The notes under the pieces are model-generated. The model was not told where the DNA came from. It ran no database searches and was given only the letters and a program-made list of their open reading frames with translations. A stretch of 64,000 nt of DNA from Negaprion brevirostris (Eukaryota), in assembly GCA_030324005.1 (NCBI GenBank), contig JARDVH010000099.1, positions 41,515,289-41,579,288 on the forward strand, written 5' to 3'. Positions 1 through 14,015 of this stretch are shown in pieces. The number at the start of each line of letters is the position of its first letter. The first letter of the stretch is position 1. A program made the translations under genes and the position numbers.

Positions 1-73
1 TTGCTTTTTAATTGGTCGGCGCAACATCGTGGGCCGAAGGGCCTGTTCTGCGCTGTAATGTTCTATGTTCTAT
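1..73 (+). mobile_element. CR1-type LINE/SINE 3' tail
   Basis: gggccgaagggcctgttctgcgctgtaatgttctatgttctat is the CR1 3' stem-loop followed by its (ttctatg)n terminal microsatellite. Confidence 0.75.
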
Positions 74-1538
74 TTAGCAGTGTTTCCTCGCCACTTCATT
101 ATTTTTCCTCTTTAAAACTCATATTCAAAGCAGTTATCATGTCAGAGGAAATTTGTGTTGTAATTCAATAAAGTGGAGTCTCTAGTTGTTGAAATTAAGC
201 ACTAAGGGTTAATTTTATACACTGTGACAGTCCTAGAAAAATTTCAAGTAAAGACCTCACACTAACCAAGAAAAATGTCATTTCAGCAATATAATGTTTA
301 CTCAACAACTGAGTATTTAGACCTATTGGAAGGCAAATATTTAAAAGTTTTTTTTAAATTTGGAGTTAATGCTCAGAAATAATTTCTAAAGGTAAAAACA
401 AAATGTAATCCTTTCTGACCTACCACGTTTGTCAATTTCAGGCCAATTTCTTAAATTCAAAAACTACATTTTATACAACACTTTATCCCAGGAACTGCCA
501 ATGATAACAGCACTATTAGAATGAAATTACAGCAATATAAAAATAAATTGAATTTAAACTAGACTTTCATGGGGCTATTAACATGTACAAATGCCAAAAT
601 TTGAAAACAGAATGTCTATGCTCAAAAATATTCGAAAATTATTTCAAGTGAGCTGCATTGTAATATACTATGAAGGCCGTTTTTTGTTCCACTTCCTACA
701 TATAAAATAAAATCAAGCCCAGTATCCATAAAAAACAAGGCTCTTAATGTGCTACACCGGACCCCATCCCTGTGGTTGAAGAATTGATTTTAAATTTAGC
801 AGTATAAATACGAGTGCTACAAATATAGTGAAATAGACTCAACCCAGGCCAAAACCATTTATTGTTGTCAAATGCTGTACAGTACCTCTCACAGGAGTCA
901 TTCGGCTTAGCTTCCGTTTCTATGGACGTTGCGTCCTAGAGAAATTTCGTTTACCTCTCTGCCAGTATTCGGAGAGGTATCCTCTACATAAAGATCATTT
1001 TCACATCTTTTCAGCACCAACGTAAACATTTCAAAACAGACAGCGATTTTACACTACAAGTTGCAATGAATCGGCCAGAGTACAGTAGTACCAAAAATTT
1101 GCATTAAATCAATGGAAAACAGGAAAAACACCTGGCAACATATACCTGAATTCCATTTTAAATAACCAATTTAAAAATCACTCCAATATGTAACCCGATT
1201 TTAAATAAAAGCCCTGTACATTAAAAAAATGAAACTACTGATACAATCGGGTTATTTGTATCAGCTAACAAAAATGAACGATGATCATTAACATTCCACT
1301 GTTTAATGCATATGAACGCCTATACATTATCGTGAAACTTGATGCATAAAATTAATGTATCGGACATAATCTTACAAAGGCAAACTATAGGTATCAATAA
1401 AGATGCATATTGCACAAAAATAAATACTGCAATAAGTATGCCACCCTTACATCGTAAATCACATTTTTAAATGCAGATGGTGAACCAGGGACTATTATTT
1501 TGTGAAGTATCACATTTCATTCCGCTTAGTGTACACTA

Positions 1539-1838
<300 letters not shown>

Positions 1839-1929
1839 TTAGAATTTCTAAACAAAAATTCAACCGTTCATCTAAAAAAAAAGTACCTCTCCTCTACACA
1901 GCGGCAATAATAACTCCCAATGATGTCAG

Positions 1930-2290
1930 CTAAATGCAGCAACAGCAAGCAGCCGACACTGAAGGACGGAGATGAGTTCGTTAGGAAGCGCTGCGCGCGC
2001 TCGTTACCAAGAGGGAAGGGTCGCTTAGTAACAGCGCCAGAGCGGCCGTTAACGTCCGCGCGGTGTGGAACGTAGACCGCGCGCAATGTGCAGTGCGCGC
2101 GACAGCATTAGCCGGCGCGCACGTTCCAATTGCTCAACGCCAACTGTCCCTGAGAAATACTTTGCTTTCTTTCGCGGTGGATGGTGACTGGAAATTTCTA
2201 AAATATCGGGTTTAAAACTCAACACGGCGACGAGCATACAGGTGCGTCGCGAGAGATAGCTTAATGAGCTCTGATATTCACGAGCGATGA
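1930..2290 (-). promoter_or_regulatory. CpG-rich promoter / 5' UTR region of EML6
   Basis: Dense CpG and GCGC runs (cgctgcgcgcgc, ccgcgcgg, gtgcgcgcg) in otherwise CpG-depleted DNA, 200-550 bp upstream of the EML6 ATG. Confidence 0.75.
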
Positions 2291-2379
2291 AAATAAAAAC
2301 AAATAAAATTGTCTTCTCACTGTCAGAAAGCAATGTGCAAAGGCTCCTTCCACAGCACTCTGCAAATCCCACGACCTCT

Positions 2380-2670
2380 ATCACCTAGAAGGACAAGGGT
2401 AGCAGATGCATGCGAACACCACCAGCTGGAAGTTCCTCTCCAAGTCACACTATCCTCATTTGGAACTGTATAGACGCCTTAATCCCGATCTCTTCCTCTG
2501 CTTGTAAAACTATGACATTATGACGTGATCAAAATCCTGAAACTCCTTTCCTCACAATAACATGGATATAACTACACCAAACGGGCTACATTGTTTCCAA
2601 AAAGCAGTTCTTCACTTCTCTCAAGGGAAATTGAGGCTAGGTTCTTGTCAGCCATACTCACATCCCAAGA
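2380..2670 (+). mobile_element. Degenerate LINE 3' fragment (CR1/L2 group)
   Basis: ctagaaggacaagggtagcagatgcatg...caccaccagctggaagttcctctccaagtcacac...tctcaagggaaattgagg resembles a common elasmobranch LINE tail. A related reverse copy lies at ~21770-21965. Confidence 0.5.
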
Positions 2671-2974
2671 ACAAAGTAAAATATGACAAATGAAAATAAC
2701 AAGATCTTACTTTCAAAGAGGGCCACTGAGATTTGGTTTGCATATGAAAGATTTCCCGACAATCTAATCACAAACTAGATTGCCCAGAATTTTATGCAAC
2801 TTATCAGCTGACATTTATGAATTGAACTGACTGTCGACATTTCAATGTTATTTTCTTCAGAACTTCTTAAAAAATATAAATATTTTGTTTACATTTTATG
2901 AAGGTATGACTTGTAACCTAATTATTTAGGAATTGCGAAGGTTGCTTTAGACCCCCAGGAGTATTGAAATAGGA

Positions 2975-3170
2975 ACAGGGAATATTGGAAATACTCAGCA
3001 AGCCAGGCAATATGTGTGAAGAATCAGTTGACATTTCAGGTAGGTAACCTCAGGTCTCAGCGACCTGACCTGGTAACTCTCTTTCCCCAACAGGTGCTGC
3101 CAGACCTGCTGAATATTTCCAAAATTTTCCATTTTTATTTCTGATTTCCATCGTCTGTAGCATTTTGCTT
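2975..3170. mobile_element. Penelope-like terminal repeats in inverted arrangement
   Basis: ggaaatactcagcaagccaggca at the left is the imperfect reverse complement of tgccagacctgctgaatatttcc at the right. The same family occurs at ~3620-3720, 11383-11478, 21970-22010 and 39310-39370. Confidence 0.55.
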
Positions 3171-3829
3171 ATGCCCCAGAAGTTTGAGCTTGTTACAAAC
3201 TTTAACTTACTTTGTNNNNNNNNNNNNNNNNNNNNNNNNNNNNNNNNNNNNNNNNNNNNNNNNNAAAGAAATTATGTTAGAGTGCTTGCTGGTCTAATTT
3301 TACACTGAAAAGACTGACAAACCAAAGGAAACAAAAAAGATATTTTTCCAATGACAATTGCAATATAAGGGTCTAAAGAATAAATCCTAAACTGGACAGT
3401 AAACTGATAAGAAATCTAAATACTCAAGAGCATGGAGGAAAATCTAAACAAAAAACCTAGCAGCAACCAAAAACATGTATCTTCTCCAATTATTTTCTCA
3501 TAATCTGTTCTGATCATTTTTCATAATTGTCTTTCATCAGATTCAGTTTTCCCAATTTCTTTGCATGAATCAATTCATTTTCTATAAAATGCTTCTTTTG
3601 AGCCAGTATTTACTTTTCAGAGCATTCTGATGAAATTCATGATCTGAAATATTAATTCTGTGTCTCCATGACAAGTACTGACAGACTTGCTGAATGCTTC
3701 AAGAATTTTCTCTTTTTTTTCATCTTAAGTGTCTGTTTATACACAGGACACCATAATGTTGCTCATGTTAAATTTCAAAATTCATGTATTATGCACATTT
3801 CTAGAAGTATTAATGTCTGCCAAAGGGTT

Positions 3830-4060
3830 CCTTGTGCAGTGGTTATATTACTAAATTAATAAACCAGAAAATGTGAGTTTAAATTCCACCACGGCATCGT
3901 GAGAATTTGATCTCTGTGTTAAATATCTGGATGAAAAAACCAGTATCAGTAAAATTGACCATGAAACTTGGATTGCCATAAAAATCCAACTGAGTCACAA
4001 ATGCCCTTTAGAGAAGGAAAACCACTGCCCTTAACTATCTGTATTGACCTGTACATGATT
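3830..4060 (+). mobile_element. Degenerate tRNA-derived SINE
   Basis: Box A-like gtgcagtggtta and box B-like gagtttaaattcc. The body is shared with a second copy at ~34360-34600. Confidence 0.5.
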
Positions 4061-4140
4061 TTTACACAAATATGGTTTACTGTTCACCATCACCCACTTT
4101 AAATTCAGCTCTTTGTTTTCATTTCTCACATATTTCAATG

Positions 4141-4789
4141 TGTTCCCGAGTTGGGACCGTTGCACAGTTGCAAAAGGTGGGGAACCTAATCAAGGGAGTT
4201 TTTCTCCAAATGCCAAACAGCCTAGTAGCCGGGCGAAACAGACACTTTGTTAAGGAAAGTGGAGACTAGCGATCTAGAGACCTAGATTATAGCCAGAATT
4301 CTCTCACTGAATCAAACTGTTTCGCAGAGAAGAAAGCAGCAGAAGTCTGTCTGTGTCAGATCCCATAAATTCTATCCTAAACAGAGGAAAGTTTTCCAAA
4401 ATAAAGCTCCAGGTCCTGTGTTGTAATTATTAGCTGGATTTGGCTCACAGTGTTAGAACTTACAGGATGTTGTTTTGGGAAAGGTGTATTCTCAGTTCAG
4501 GGAAGTAGATAGATTTGGATTGGGGGTAATTTAAGCATACTGTCTGGGTAACCATTATTGTAGCTAATTGTAAATGTCATTCTTTACTGCTGCCTTTCTT
4601 ATTGTGTGTTTTTAAGTTTAATAAACATTTTGTTATTTGAACAATTTACAAGACAGACCCCTGGTTCCTCATCTTTTTTCTCACATTTTCTTCCAAACTG
4701 GCAAAAGTAAATAGTTAGGAACCGACATTCCAAGTTTCCCTCCTGGGATTTGGGAGGCCTCACATTGAACATAAGTGGGGTTCATGACA
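4141..4789 (+). mobile_element. Probable solo LTR
   Basis: Begins TGTT and ends TGACA, ~650 bp, with an internal AATAAA near 4620. 'atg' flanks both sides, so the TSD is imperfect. Confidence 0.4.
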
Positions 4790-5254
4790 ATGGTGAACAA
4801 GCTAGTCCAGCCACAGTTACCATAGTGTTCACTTTTAGATTGAAAGTAACAAAAAACTTGGGGGCAATGAATATATAGCTTTACAAGCAGAATTATATTA
4901 TTCAAACAACTGTTCAACCATCATTCATAAAGCCTTTGCCTCACTCTGGGCAAGTTCATTTTTAATTGCTGACCATTTGTCTACTTCCCTATCTAACAGC
5001 AAACTGTGTGGCTCTTGCAAATAGCTGGAAGAGGATATGAGTTATTGATTCACTGGTACTCAACACTTGCAAGGTAACATGGTATCCTGCCCACACCCCC
5101 ACCACAAAGTTTCACGTGAATTTTCACTTACTGGAAACACTACGATAACTATAATGCCAATCAGATAAATTAGGCCAATTCTGAGTACAGTTTTATTCTC
5201 CAATACTCTCCAAAATTCTCCAATTTCCTCCAATACAAAACTGAACCCTTTTCA

Positions 5255-5446
5255 AATCATAACCGCAGAGTTGTCACAAGAGAGAAGAAGGCCATTCAGG
5301 CCATGCTCTGTACCGGCTTTTCATAGGAGCAATTTATCCTGAAATATTCCCTCACTGTTTTCTCAAAACTCCTGCATGTTTTTCCTTTTCAGGTAACAAT
5401 CCAATTCCTTCTTGGATGTCTTGATTGAACCTGCTGCCACCACACT
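5255..5446 (-). mobile_element. CR1 LINE 3' fragment
   Basis: The reverse strand gives the CR1 ORF2 end (SVVAAGSIKTSKKELDCYLK) and the 3' tail motif gaaggccattcagg. It runs into a gap. Confidence 0.65.
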
Positions 5447-5772
5447 NNNNNNNNNNNNNNNNNNNNNNNNNNNNNNNNNNNNNNNNNNNNNNNNNNNNNN
5501 NNNNNNNNNNNNNNNNNNNNNNNNNNNNNNNNNNNNNNNNNNNNNNNNNNNNNNNNNNNNNNNNNNNNNNNNNNNNNNNNNNNNNNNNNNNNNNNNNNNN
5601 NNNNNNNNNNNNNNNNNNNNNNNNNNNNNNNNNNNNNNNNNNNNNNNNNNNNNNNNNNNNNNNNNNNNNNNNNNNNNNNNNNNNNNNNNNNNNNNNNNNN
5701 NNNNNNNNNNNNNNNNNNNNNNNNNNNNNNNNNNNNNNNNNNNNNNNNNNNNNNNNNNNNNNNNNNNNNNNN

Positions 5773-6052
5773 GTAAGGGGCCCATTTAAGATGGAGATGA
5801 GAAGAATTTTTTTTCTCTTAGCGGGTCATGAATCTTTGGAAGTCTCTTCCCCCGACAGTGGTGGAGGCAGGACCAATGAATATTTTTAAGGAAAGGTAGA
5901 TACATTCTTGACTAAAAGGGTGACAAAGGTTATCACGGTAGATGAAATGTGGAGTTGAGGCCACATTAGATCAGCCGTGATCTTATTGAATGGAAAGCAG
6001 GTTTGATTAGCCAATGGCCTACCCCTGCTTCTAATTCATACATTCCTATGAC
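5773..6052 (+). mobile_element. CR1 LINE 3' end
   Basis: VRGPFKMEMRRIFF-type ORF2 C-terminus, followed by the agatcagccgtgatcttattgaatgg...cctacccctgcttctaattc tail. Confidence 0.75.
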
Positions 6053-6074
6053 CCTTCCCCCCTCCCCATTCTTT

Positions 6075-6598
6075 CCCTGACACTGGGCACCACAGTTCAG
6101 ATTCAAGGTGATGGAGTGCAGGTTGGCACACATACGCAGTATTTCATCAGTGAACTGCTGGGCTTGGGCCTCCGTGACAATCACCAGTCTCTCAATAGAG
6201 AACACAATGTTTTCAGAAGAATGGCTCATCTAGGCCTGGATGGACCTGTCCAATGACTGGTCCAGTGCACGTAACTCCTCTGGGATCTCTGCCACATCTC
6301 CACATACCCCACACTATACATCCAGTGTCTACACCAGAACTTGTCGTCAGACTGGGACACAGCATGTAGACCAGGTCCAGAACTCCTCCAAGTACTAGAG
6401 GCCTGCTCCATCTCAGTTCCAACATCTGATCTCCCAACTATGGTGTGCTTTTACCAATGTATGGATCCCTTGCAGCTGAGTCATGCATCACAAAGTGCAT
6501 GTATCTGTGCTGGCACTAGGTGTAGAAGAAGGATGTGACACTGAATACTCGGAAGCTTCCTGCTCATCCTCAGAAGTTATCAATGTTCCTGTGGGGCA
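6075..6598 (-). mobile_element. Decayed Harbinger Myb-like ORF fragment
   Basis: The reverse strand gaggatgagcaggaagcttccgagtattcagtgtcacatccttc resembles 10698-10790 (+) and the downstream part of the Myb-like gene at ~16270. Confidence 0.35.
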
Positions 6599-6602
6599 AG
6601 TG

Positions 6603-7000
6603 AACAACAACAAAGAACAACAAAGAACAACACAGCACGGGAAACAGGCCCTTCGGCCCAACGAGCCCGCGCCGCCATCTTAACAATGTATTTTTNNNNN
6701 NNNNNNNNNNNNNNNNNNNNNNNNNNNNNNNNNNNNNNNNNNNNNNNNNNNNNNNNNNNNNNNNNNNNNNNNNNNNNNNNNNNNNNNNNNNNNNNCCTGC
6801 CATCTTGGTGTCATCTGCAAACTTGCTGATCACACCACGTACGCCCTCTTCCAAGTCGTTTATATATATTACAAAGAGAAGAGGTCCCAGTACTGAGCCC
6901 TGCGGCACACCACTGGTGACAGACCTCCAGCTAGAAAAGGACCCTTCCGTTACCACTCTCTGTCTCCTGTTGCCTAGCCAGTTTTCAATCCATCTAGATC
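6603..7000 (-). mobile_element. CR1 LINE, reverse transcriptase fragment and 3' tail
   Basis: ORF 6570-6956 gives [28 protein letters not shown]...ISKFADDTK, the CR1 RT motifs. The tail acagcacgggaaacaggcccttcggccc has gaaca repeats. A gap spans the middle. Confidence 0.92.
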
Positions 7001-7345
7001 CTGTTCCTGTATCCCATGAGCCTTAAGTGCTGCCAATGTTTGTCCTGTAGGGCAAGAGAACAAGAGAATTAGGGCAATATCATCATCTGAGGTGCATTTG
7101 GAGAGGTACACTTCCTCCAATTACACACTGGCACCATTAGAAGGTAGTAAACAGTGCCTGAATCTTAGGCCCTTCAACAGTAAGACACAACTTTCTCCCA
7201 AAATTCTGCAAGCTTTCAAAGTCAGAAGCCATTTCTCCACTATCCTGCCACCTTCTCCAGTTTCCAATATCCTTCCCAGCTCTATTCCAACCCTTCTGCA
7301 TTGTTTCCAACAGAGAGTTTTTCAAAATATTTGTTCATAAGATGT

Positions 7346-7456
7346 GGGGCAGGTTTTTCTGGCCATGCTTGCCCCAAAGCTTGGAAAATCCCACCCGAGG
7401 TCAACAGTCCTCTGCATGGTCTGCACCCTATGGGCAGGACAGGAAAATCCCCACCG
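7346..7456. mobile_element. Short TIR element (Harbinger-like MITE)
   Basis: Ends ggggcaggtttt / aaaatccccacc. The core aaatcccacccgaggtcaa is shared with the copies at 14016-14153, 14220-14328 and 20018-20140. Confidence 0.6.
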
Positions 7457-8199
7457 TGGACTTTGCTGATTAGGCCAGTATTTATTCAAAACTCTTTTAC
7501 TCCCAGGCAGGACCCTGAATAATTTAGTATCGCACAATAGTCAGCAACATTTAAAAACAAGCTCCCACCTGCAACTGCTACTTCAAATAGTCTAGAAACT
7601 TCAAAGTTTGAAGTCTTGTGCCTTCAACCTTCAGCCTCCAGATCACTAATTCTGCTGCAGAAACCACAAGCACATGCCAGGGTCCCTTTAAGTGCATGAC
7701 CTTGACCAACTTCTGGTTCATGGCCCTGTACTCTCTGTTTCCTTTAATGGTAAATTGGGCATGCTGTGCACCATTCTTCTCAGCAGATGGCTGGCTTCCC
7801 AACAGGCAGCCATTAATTGGCTAGAAGTAACTTCATCTGAATTTTAAAAATAAAGGGGCAGGAGTCAGCAATCCACATACTTTCGAGTCAGATGCCTGCC
7901 TACCGCCAAGCAGTGTAAAGTTCAGCCCTTTATTTCTAGAAGTTTTCCTAACACTGAACTTTCTGCCTGTAATTGCTGGGCTTATCTTACATCTTTAATA
8001 TCAAGGTTGTAATATCTGCAATTCTCCAGTATTCTGGCACTATCCCTAAGTAAATTATTTTAATTTGAAGGATCCACTGTTCATTCTAAAATGATATGTA
8101 ATATCTGAGTCTATTTATAATAACAATTGATGTAGATTGGTCCTATGACCTTTGCGACGTATTGTTTACAATATTCTTTCTCCTTCCACTGTGGTCTGA

Positions 8200-8900
8200 G
8201 TAGATCTATACCCAAGACTGGCAAAACTCCTATCTGAGAAGGAGGAAAATGGCAGGCCCTTGATAATGAAATTCATCATTAAATTCTTCAGTCTTAACTA
8301 AGTATAAAACCTCTTTGTAAATTCTGTCAATGCCACTGTGTAAACACTCTGCCATTCATGAAAAAAGTTAAGTGGTTGTATGACTTTTTTGTCCTCCCAT
8401 TGTGGAAGTGACTCACATCCAGTCTGTCAATGTCCCCAGCTGAAGAACATTGTATGATGAGTTGTTGCAGGGACTTGGATAGAAAAAATTAATTAGAGAT
8501 TTGAAACTGAAGATTTGTCATGTACCTTATATTGTTTTCAGTTGATGAATGCTCACTTTAATACTTGGCAATAGACTGACTATAATTATTAATTTTTAAT
8601 GCTCATTTTGGAGAGTTGAACCAGATGCATAATTCATTGTAACTCATAGATAATCTTAGGTTATTTTAATTTTTAAGAAACTGCAAACATTCTGAATAAA
8701 TGAAGACATGTGATTAGAGAAACTGTAACTCAACTATATATTTGATTAATTTTATGGAGACTAATGGTGAAATGTATCAGCTTCATCAATTCCAGTAAAT
8801 TGTCATTTTCACTGTCACAGGTCCAATTCTCATACTATTGGATTTCCTGATGACAAATTAATTGTGAAAGTTGGAACAACATCAGGCTTGAAATTAAGGT
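8200..8900 (-). mobile_element. Possible highly decayed DNA-transposase (hAT-like) remnant
   Basis: Reverse-strand fragments around 8450-8610 loosely resemble an hAT dimerisation domain. There is no intact ORF. Confidence 0.25.
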
Positions 8901-9249
8901 TGGAGAACCATCTGGCAGCACAAACAATAGTTGAAAAAAAATTATAGCAGAGTAAGTTTTAATAAGCCTGAATAAAACATACCTTGTGTGTGGGAGGAAC
9001 ATGTAATGTGAAATCTTTGGCCTTGAAATGTTTTTACTGATCTAGTAGGTTTGTCACACTTTCATTATCTCTGTTCCTTTTTTAGGTAATTTATTTTGTA
9101 TTTTCTCCATTCTCTTTTTTCCCAGAGGCATGAATCATTCACTGGCCAGAACATGAGCTATCAGCTCCTAAGTTTTTGAAATGCCTTCCTCCCAGGCCTT
9201 TGACAATGCCATTTGTGAACTGGCCTCCAGCAGTACTCGCCCACCAGAG

Positions 9250-11085
9250 CAGGAATTAATGGTGGGTTTGTGGGTCCTGTGGGTGTAAGCGGGCGAAACA
9301 ACTGCTCATCACTGACAGACGACTGCAATTACATGCTGGCCAGCCAGTTAAGGACTAGCCAGCAGGAAAGTCTTCCTAGAAGTGGTCCACAGTGGATGGG
9401 TGGACACATAGGGCAGAAAATGCCACTGGTTGAGATGTTTAATTGCTGTCAGTGTCCAAGGGTGGAATCTTGTTGAAGCAATAGGAGTCTCATCACCTCT
9501 TTTCTGGAAGGCCTGCCATGTGCCACTCAGGCATTTATCAGGTCAGCAGTGGGCCTTCCCTTGGGATCAGATTCCAGGGGTGGATGTTCTGTCCACTAGA
9601 GGCCGCTGTCTAATCAGAGGCTGGAAGCTCTGTTGAATGGTAGCACCACTGGGGAGATGGTGGCTTATAATATCCACCTGAAGCCAAAGATCTCAGGCTG
9701 TCACCTTCCCGACGCTGGGTCCCTTGGTAAGGCACAGTGTCTTTTAACAAAGGAGGTGAAGGCTTTCCATGGGTCTTCCTGCCATGGACTTAATAGGGCC
9801 GGAGTTCGGAAGGTGGTGGAGTCCTCACCCACCATCATTCCTTTCTAATTAAATTCTCCCCATCACCAAACACACCACTGGGAAGGCACAGATTCCATTT
9901 CAGCAGTGTGGAGGTAGCAGATATGATCAGCCATGGGGCCATGCAACCATGTATACTGGTGTTGGCTGCTATGCCAGAAGGAGATGAATGACCTTCTATA
10001 CTCTGCAAGGGGAGTAAGGAAGCCACCTGCCATTGGAGTGACTGGCTGTAAGAGGCTATGCATATGATAGGCCTGGGAGGTGTCTACCAGGTGTTTGTAA
10101 GCATGGTATACCAACTTCCTTGGTATAACAAGTACAACCCTTCTTGGCATGCAACAAGCAGCCAAGGACTGAAGTGTGTAAGATGACAGGTACACCTAGA
10201 TGGGGACTTGTGTCACAATGTCTTGTTCAAGTGGCTTAGCATGAATGGCTAAGCCATTCAGAATTTGAACTCACTAATTTGCATTTGTCTTTAAGGAGAA
10301 GAGAATGCACAACACTCATGAATGACCCTTGAGAGGTGGTGGAATGCCAAAGTTTGTCTCAGCTGATCCCGATGGAGGACGACATCCTTGAGATGACAAG
10401 CCAGCAAGGGACATGATTGATTGGCAGAGGAGAGAAAGAGCTTTTTGATGAAGATTGAAGGGGATCCATGCTCAGAAATTGGGGTGAAGAAATTTGTTGG
10501 GTACAGGGGAAGGGATGGCGGTCTCAGGAGCTCTGGAATCTTGATACTCGTGACGTGCAATAAGTCCATACGTAAAATTAAGTACATATAGTACATTCAT
10601 AGTTATTCAGTCTGACTCCTTATTGCTCTTTTTTATCTGTCATGTCACTCCTCCATGGAGAGCAGCCAAAAATCATGAGGGTCCTCCATTAACATGCGAG
10701 GATGAGCAGCGTGTCTCAGAGGGTGCACCATCACATCCTTGCTCTGCATCATACATGATTTCAGACACTAGCACCTCGTGGGGTTTTGCGTGTCTGTCAA
10801 AAACTGCATGGAGCGCCACACAATTGCCGGAACAGCTGTTAGAGACTGCAAATTCCCAGAACTCTAATACTCTGGGGAAAGTTGCAGACTAGAAAGATGG
10901 TAAGTCCCAGACAGAAGATGACCTTCTAGACTTGTCCATCAAATGGCAAATGTTGGATACCAATGGGAGTTGCATACAGATCTGATGGAGATTACTATGG
11001 GTGTGCATGCTCCTCTAGTCACAGAGTGAGATAGCATGGCTTTGAATATTCCAGGACAGACTCCTATGGAGATGAAGGCAGATTT
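9250..11085 (+). mobile_element. Decayed Harbinger-type element fragment
   Basis: GC-richer block. ORF 10623-10892 (EDEQRVSEGAPSHPCSA...DTSTSWG) resembles the Myb-like gene segments at 6075-6598 and ~16270. Confidence 0.35.
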
Positions 11086-11382
11086 GAGAATAAATTGAAA
11101 ATTCACAATGACAAAACAATGATATTTTTACACAGATTTAAACAAGAAACCCTAACAAATAAGAGTAGTAACGCTGTTATCAGTGCTGGAAAATAATGCT
11201 TCAAACTATATAGCTTTCTACAGTATTGTAGTGCATTCACTTAAAAGCAGAAAAACTGGTCTTGTGAAATTTTAGAAGCCTTCAAAACTCACTTTGAAAC
11301 CTCTACTAAACTTATTTATGAACACTTCATGTTGAACACCAGAGCTCAGGAAGAGGGTGAATATTGGTCTGTATATGAAACC

Positions 11383-11478
11383 AAAAGAGAAAATGCTGGA
11401 AAATCTCAGCAGGTCTGACAGCATCTGTAAAGAGAGAAAAGAGCTGACAGTTCGAGTCCAGATGACCTTTTGTCAAAG
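11383..11478 (-). mobile_element. Penelope-like terminal repeat
   Basis: Reverse strand reads ttgacaaaaggtcatctggactcgaactgtcagctc...cagatgctgtcagacctgctgagattttccagcattttc. Confidence 0.6.
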
Positions 11479-12875
11479 ATGACCTTAGTCTGTACGAGAC
11501 ATCCAGACATCTTGTGGGTTTGAACATCTGAAGTACGATCTGATCAGAGATAAGATTGCCTTAGGAACATGAGATCCCACTATGGCAACTCATCCGCTGC
11601 CAGAGAAACTTGCTCTCAAGAATGCCATTTACAGAAGATCTAAGATGGTTAATCATCAACTAGAGAGTATTGATGGGGAAACAGATGGGCTTTGCATTAT
11701 GTTGAGAGGCAATCCAGGCCTTACAACTACAAGACAACAAAGAAATGGAAAACATATTTACAGAGGGCCAGAAGTAAGATTAAGGCCAGGGCACAGGATG
11801 TAAATATTGCAGAGGACACTACACAAAAGAAAAATAAACATGTCCAGCATAGGCAAGACAGTGCTTTAACTGCAAGAAGTTGAAACACTGTGCACAAGTG
11901 TTTTGCTGGAAAGAGGAAAAGCAAGCCTATAAAGGTGGCTGTTGGAGAGATTTCAGACAATGATCCTGCTTAAGGACATCCTAGAACAGGTTGGTGTCAA
12001 CAAGTCATCAAGGACAAAAACGATTTGTGAAGATTGGAATGGTGACTGCAGAAGAAGAGCATTAAATTAACCCAAAATACCAGATAGCAACTGGTGCTAC
12101 ATGTAGTATCATAAGTTTTGCAGACCTATGTGAATATGCTCAAGATGGTGAGCCAAAAATGGAGCTGCTAAAGACAAAGTTGAGGCTGTATGATAGAACT
12201 GTGCTCACCCAAAAGGACAAACTAAGCTGAGAGCATATTGCATTGGGAAGGAAGAAGATTTGCAATTCCAAATAGTAGACACAAAGCAAAACCCACTCAT
12301 CTCAGTTGAAACAAGCTTGACTTGATAGCCTGAAAGACTGATAGCCCACCATATACTAGAAGAGGTTTGCTATGTTTTGCACAGCACAGAGCCATTGACT
12401 GCTGAACTAATCCTAAAAATATAACAAAGATGTTTTTAAAGGTCTTGAATATCTTCCTGGTGAATATTTTGAAATAGATATCTTGACAGCGTGCAGCTAA
12501 CCCAGCATCTTCCAAGGAGAATTCCAGTTGTTCTCAAGCTCATCCTGAAAGACAAGATAGAAGAGCTTGAAAAGTTGGGAATAATCAAGAAAGTGACAAC
12601 TCCTACAGATTGGATTAGTAGCACGGCACCAGTGAAGCAAACTGGAAAGCTGAGATAATGTCTAGATTCAAAAAACTTCAGTAAAGCTGTGAAGAGATCT
12701 CATTGCCCCATGCCAACGATTGAAGAAATTGTACTGTAACTTGCCGAGACAAATGCCTATGACCATAAATTAAGAAGTGCAGAAGATGGATTCTGGCAGT
12801 GAAGTTGGATGAAAGCAGAAGTTTCATGACTACATTCTGGATGTGGAAATGCTGGCGTTGGACTGGGGTAAACAC

Positions 12876-12935
12876 AGTAGGAAGTCTCACAACACCAGAT
12901 TAAAGTCCAACACTTTATTTAGTAGTACAAGCTTT
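12876..12935 (-). mobile_element. Penelope-like terminus fragment inserted in the Gypsy element
   Basis: gaagtctcacaacaccagattaaagtccaacac...caagcttt matches 23766-23820. Confidence 0.6.
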
Positions 12936-14015
12936 TGTTTAGATTAAAAGCTGGACAATAAGATTGACACAAGGCTTGTCCAATACACGGCACCACTAAG
13001 CCTCTCTATCCAGCCTGCAGACCAATGTTCAAAATGTCAATAATTTTGAAGATTTGTTAAAGCCCTTTCCCTCTAGTCACAGGGTTCACACTTACATCAC
13101 CCCCCACACATCAACACATTCACACCAACCTATATAATGGGTGAGAGTAAGGGAATAAGTACCCTGGCAGTGAGCTGGAAAAACACAATTTGATCCTCTC
13201 ATGCTCCAATGGTTACCTTTATTAATTACTCAATATTTTAAATGATCAGTTTATTACTTTGGAATTGCTCTGTTTGCTCAGCAAGTTGTTTCTTTTCTTC
13301 ACACCTCTATATTTTATTGAAATTCATGATAATGCTGTGACAAGCTTTATCTTTCTGAAATTTGCTCATCAGCCCATGAAGTGAGAAAAAAATTGACATG
13401 TGGCCTCTCACAGGAAAAGGTTGGACAAACCTACTGTACTCACTCATTGCAGAGGATGTTCAATGATATTGGGGCACAGAGCAATAATCAGCTTTCACTC
13501 ACATCAAATAACTAGTGATGACAACTCCAATGCTGAGGAACTTCAATGTTAATGATGAGGTCATCTTGCAGTGTGATGCCACCGACGCACATCCCTCATG
13601 AGGCAAGGACAAGCAGTGACATTTACATGCAGGGTGCTAATGAAAACTGACACCTCACACAGATTGAAAAAGATGGTCAGACCATTGTCTTTGCTTGTGA
13701 ATACTTTACTCAGTACCAATTTGCGAGAGATAAAATGACAATAGAATCTGACCACAAGCCACTTAAAGGGATTTTTCTGAAACAACTTCTTTCTGCACCA
13801 AATCATCTTCAAAGGATGTTACTTTATTTGCAGAGATATCATTTGGCAATGAATTACAAGCAGGAGAAGCAGATGTACACCGCTGACATGCTGTCAAGAG
13901 CTGTACTCCCTTTGAAGAAAGTTGGTGATGTGAGTACGGAGTGTGAAATCTTCCAAATTCAACAAGTAGCAATCGCATGCCATTCTCTGAAAGTTATCAA
14001 TCCAGCAGAGACATT

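Noticed and set aside
1868-2384. ORFs of 72 and 111 aa upstream of EML6
   Set aside because: No recognisable homology. They are expected by-products of a GC-rich promoter.
5363-5889. Long ORFs containing X-runs (also near 15826, 24997, 31210, 52431 and 61192)
   Set aside because: They are open only because they cross N gaps.
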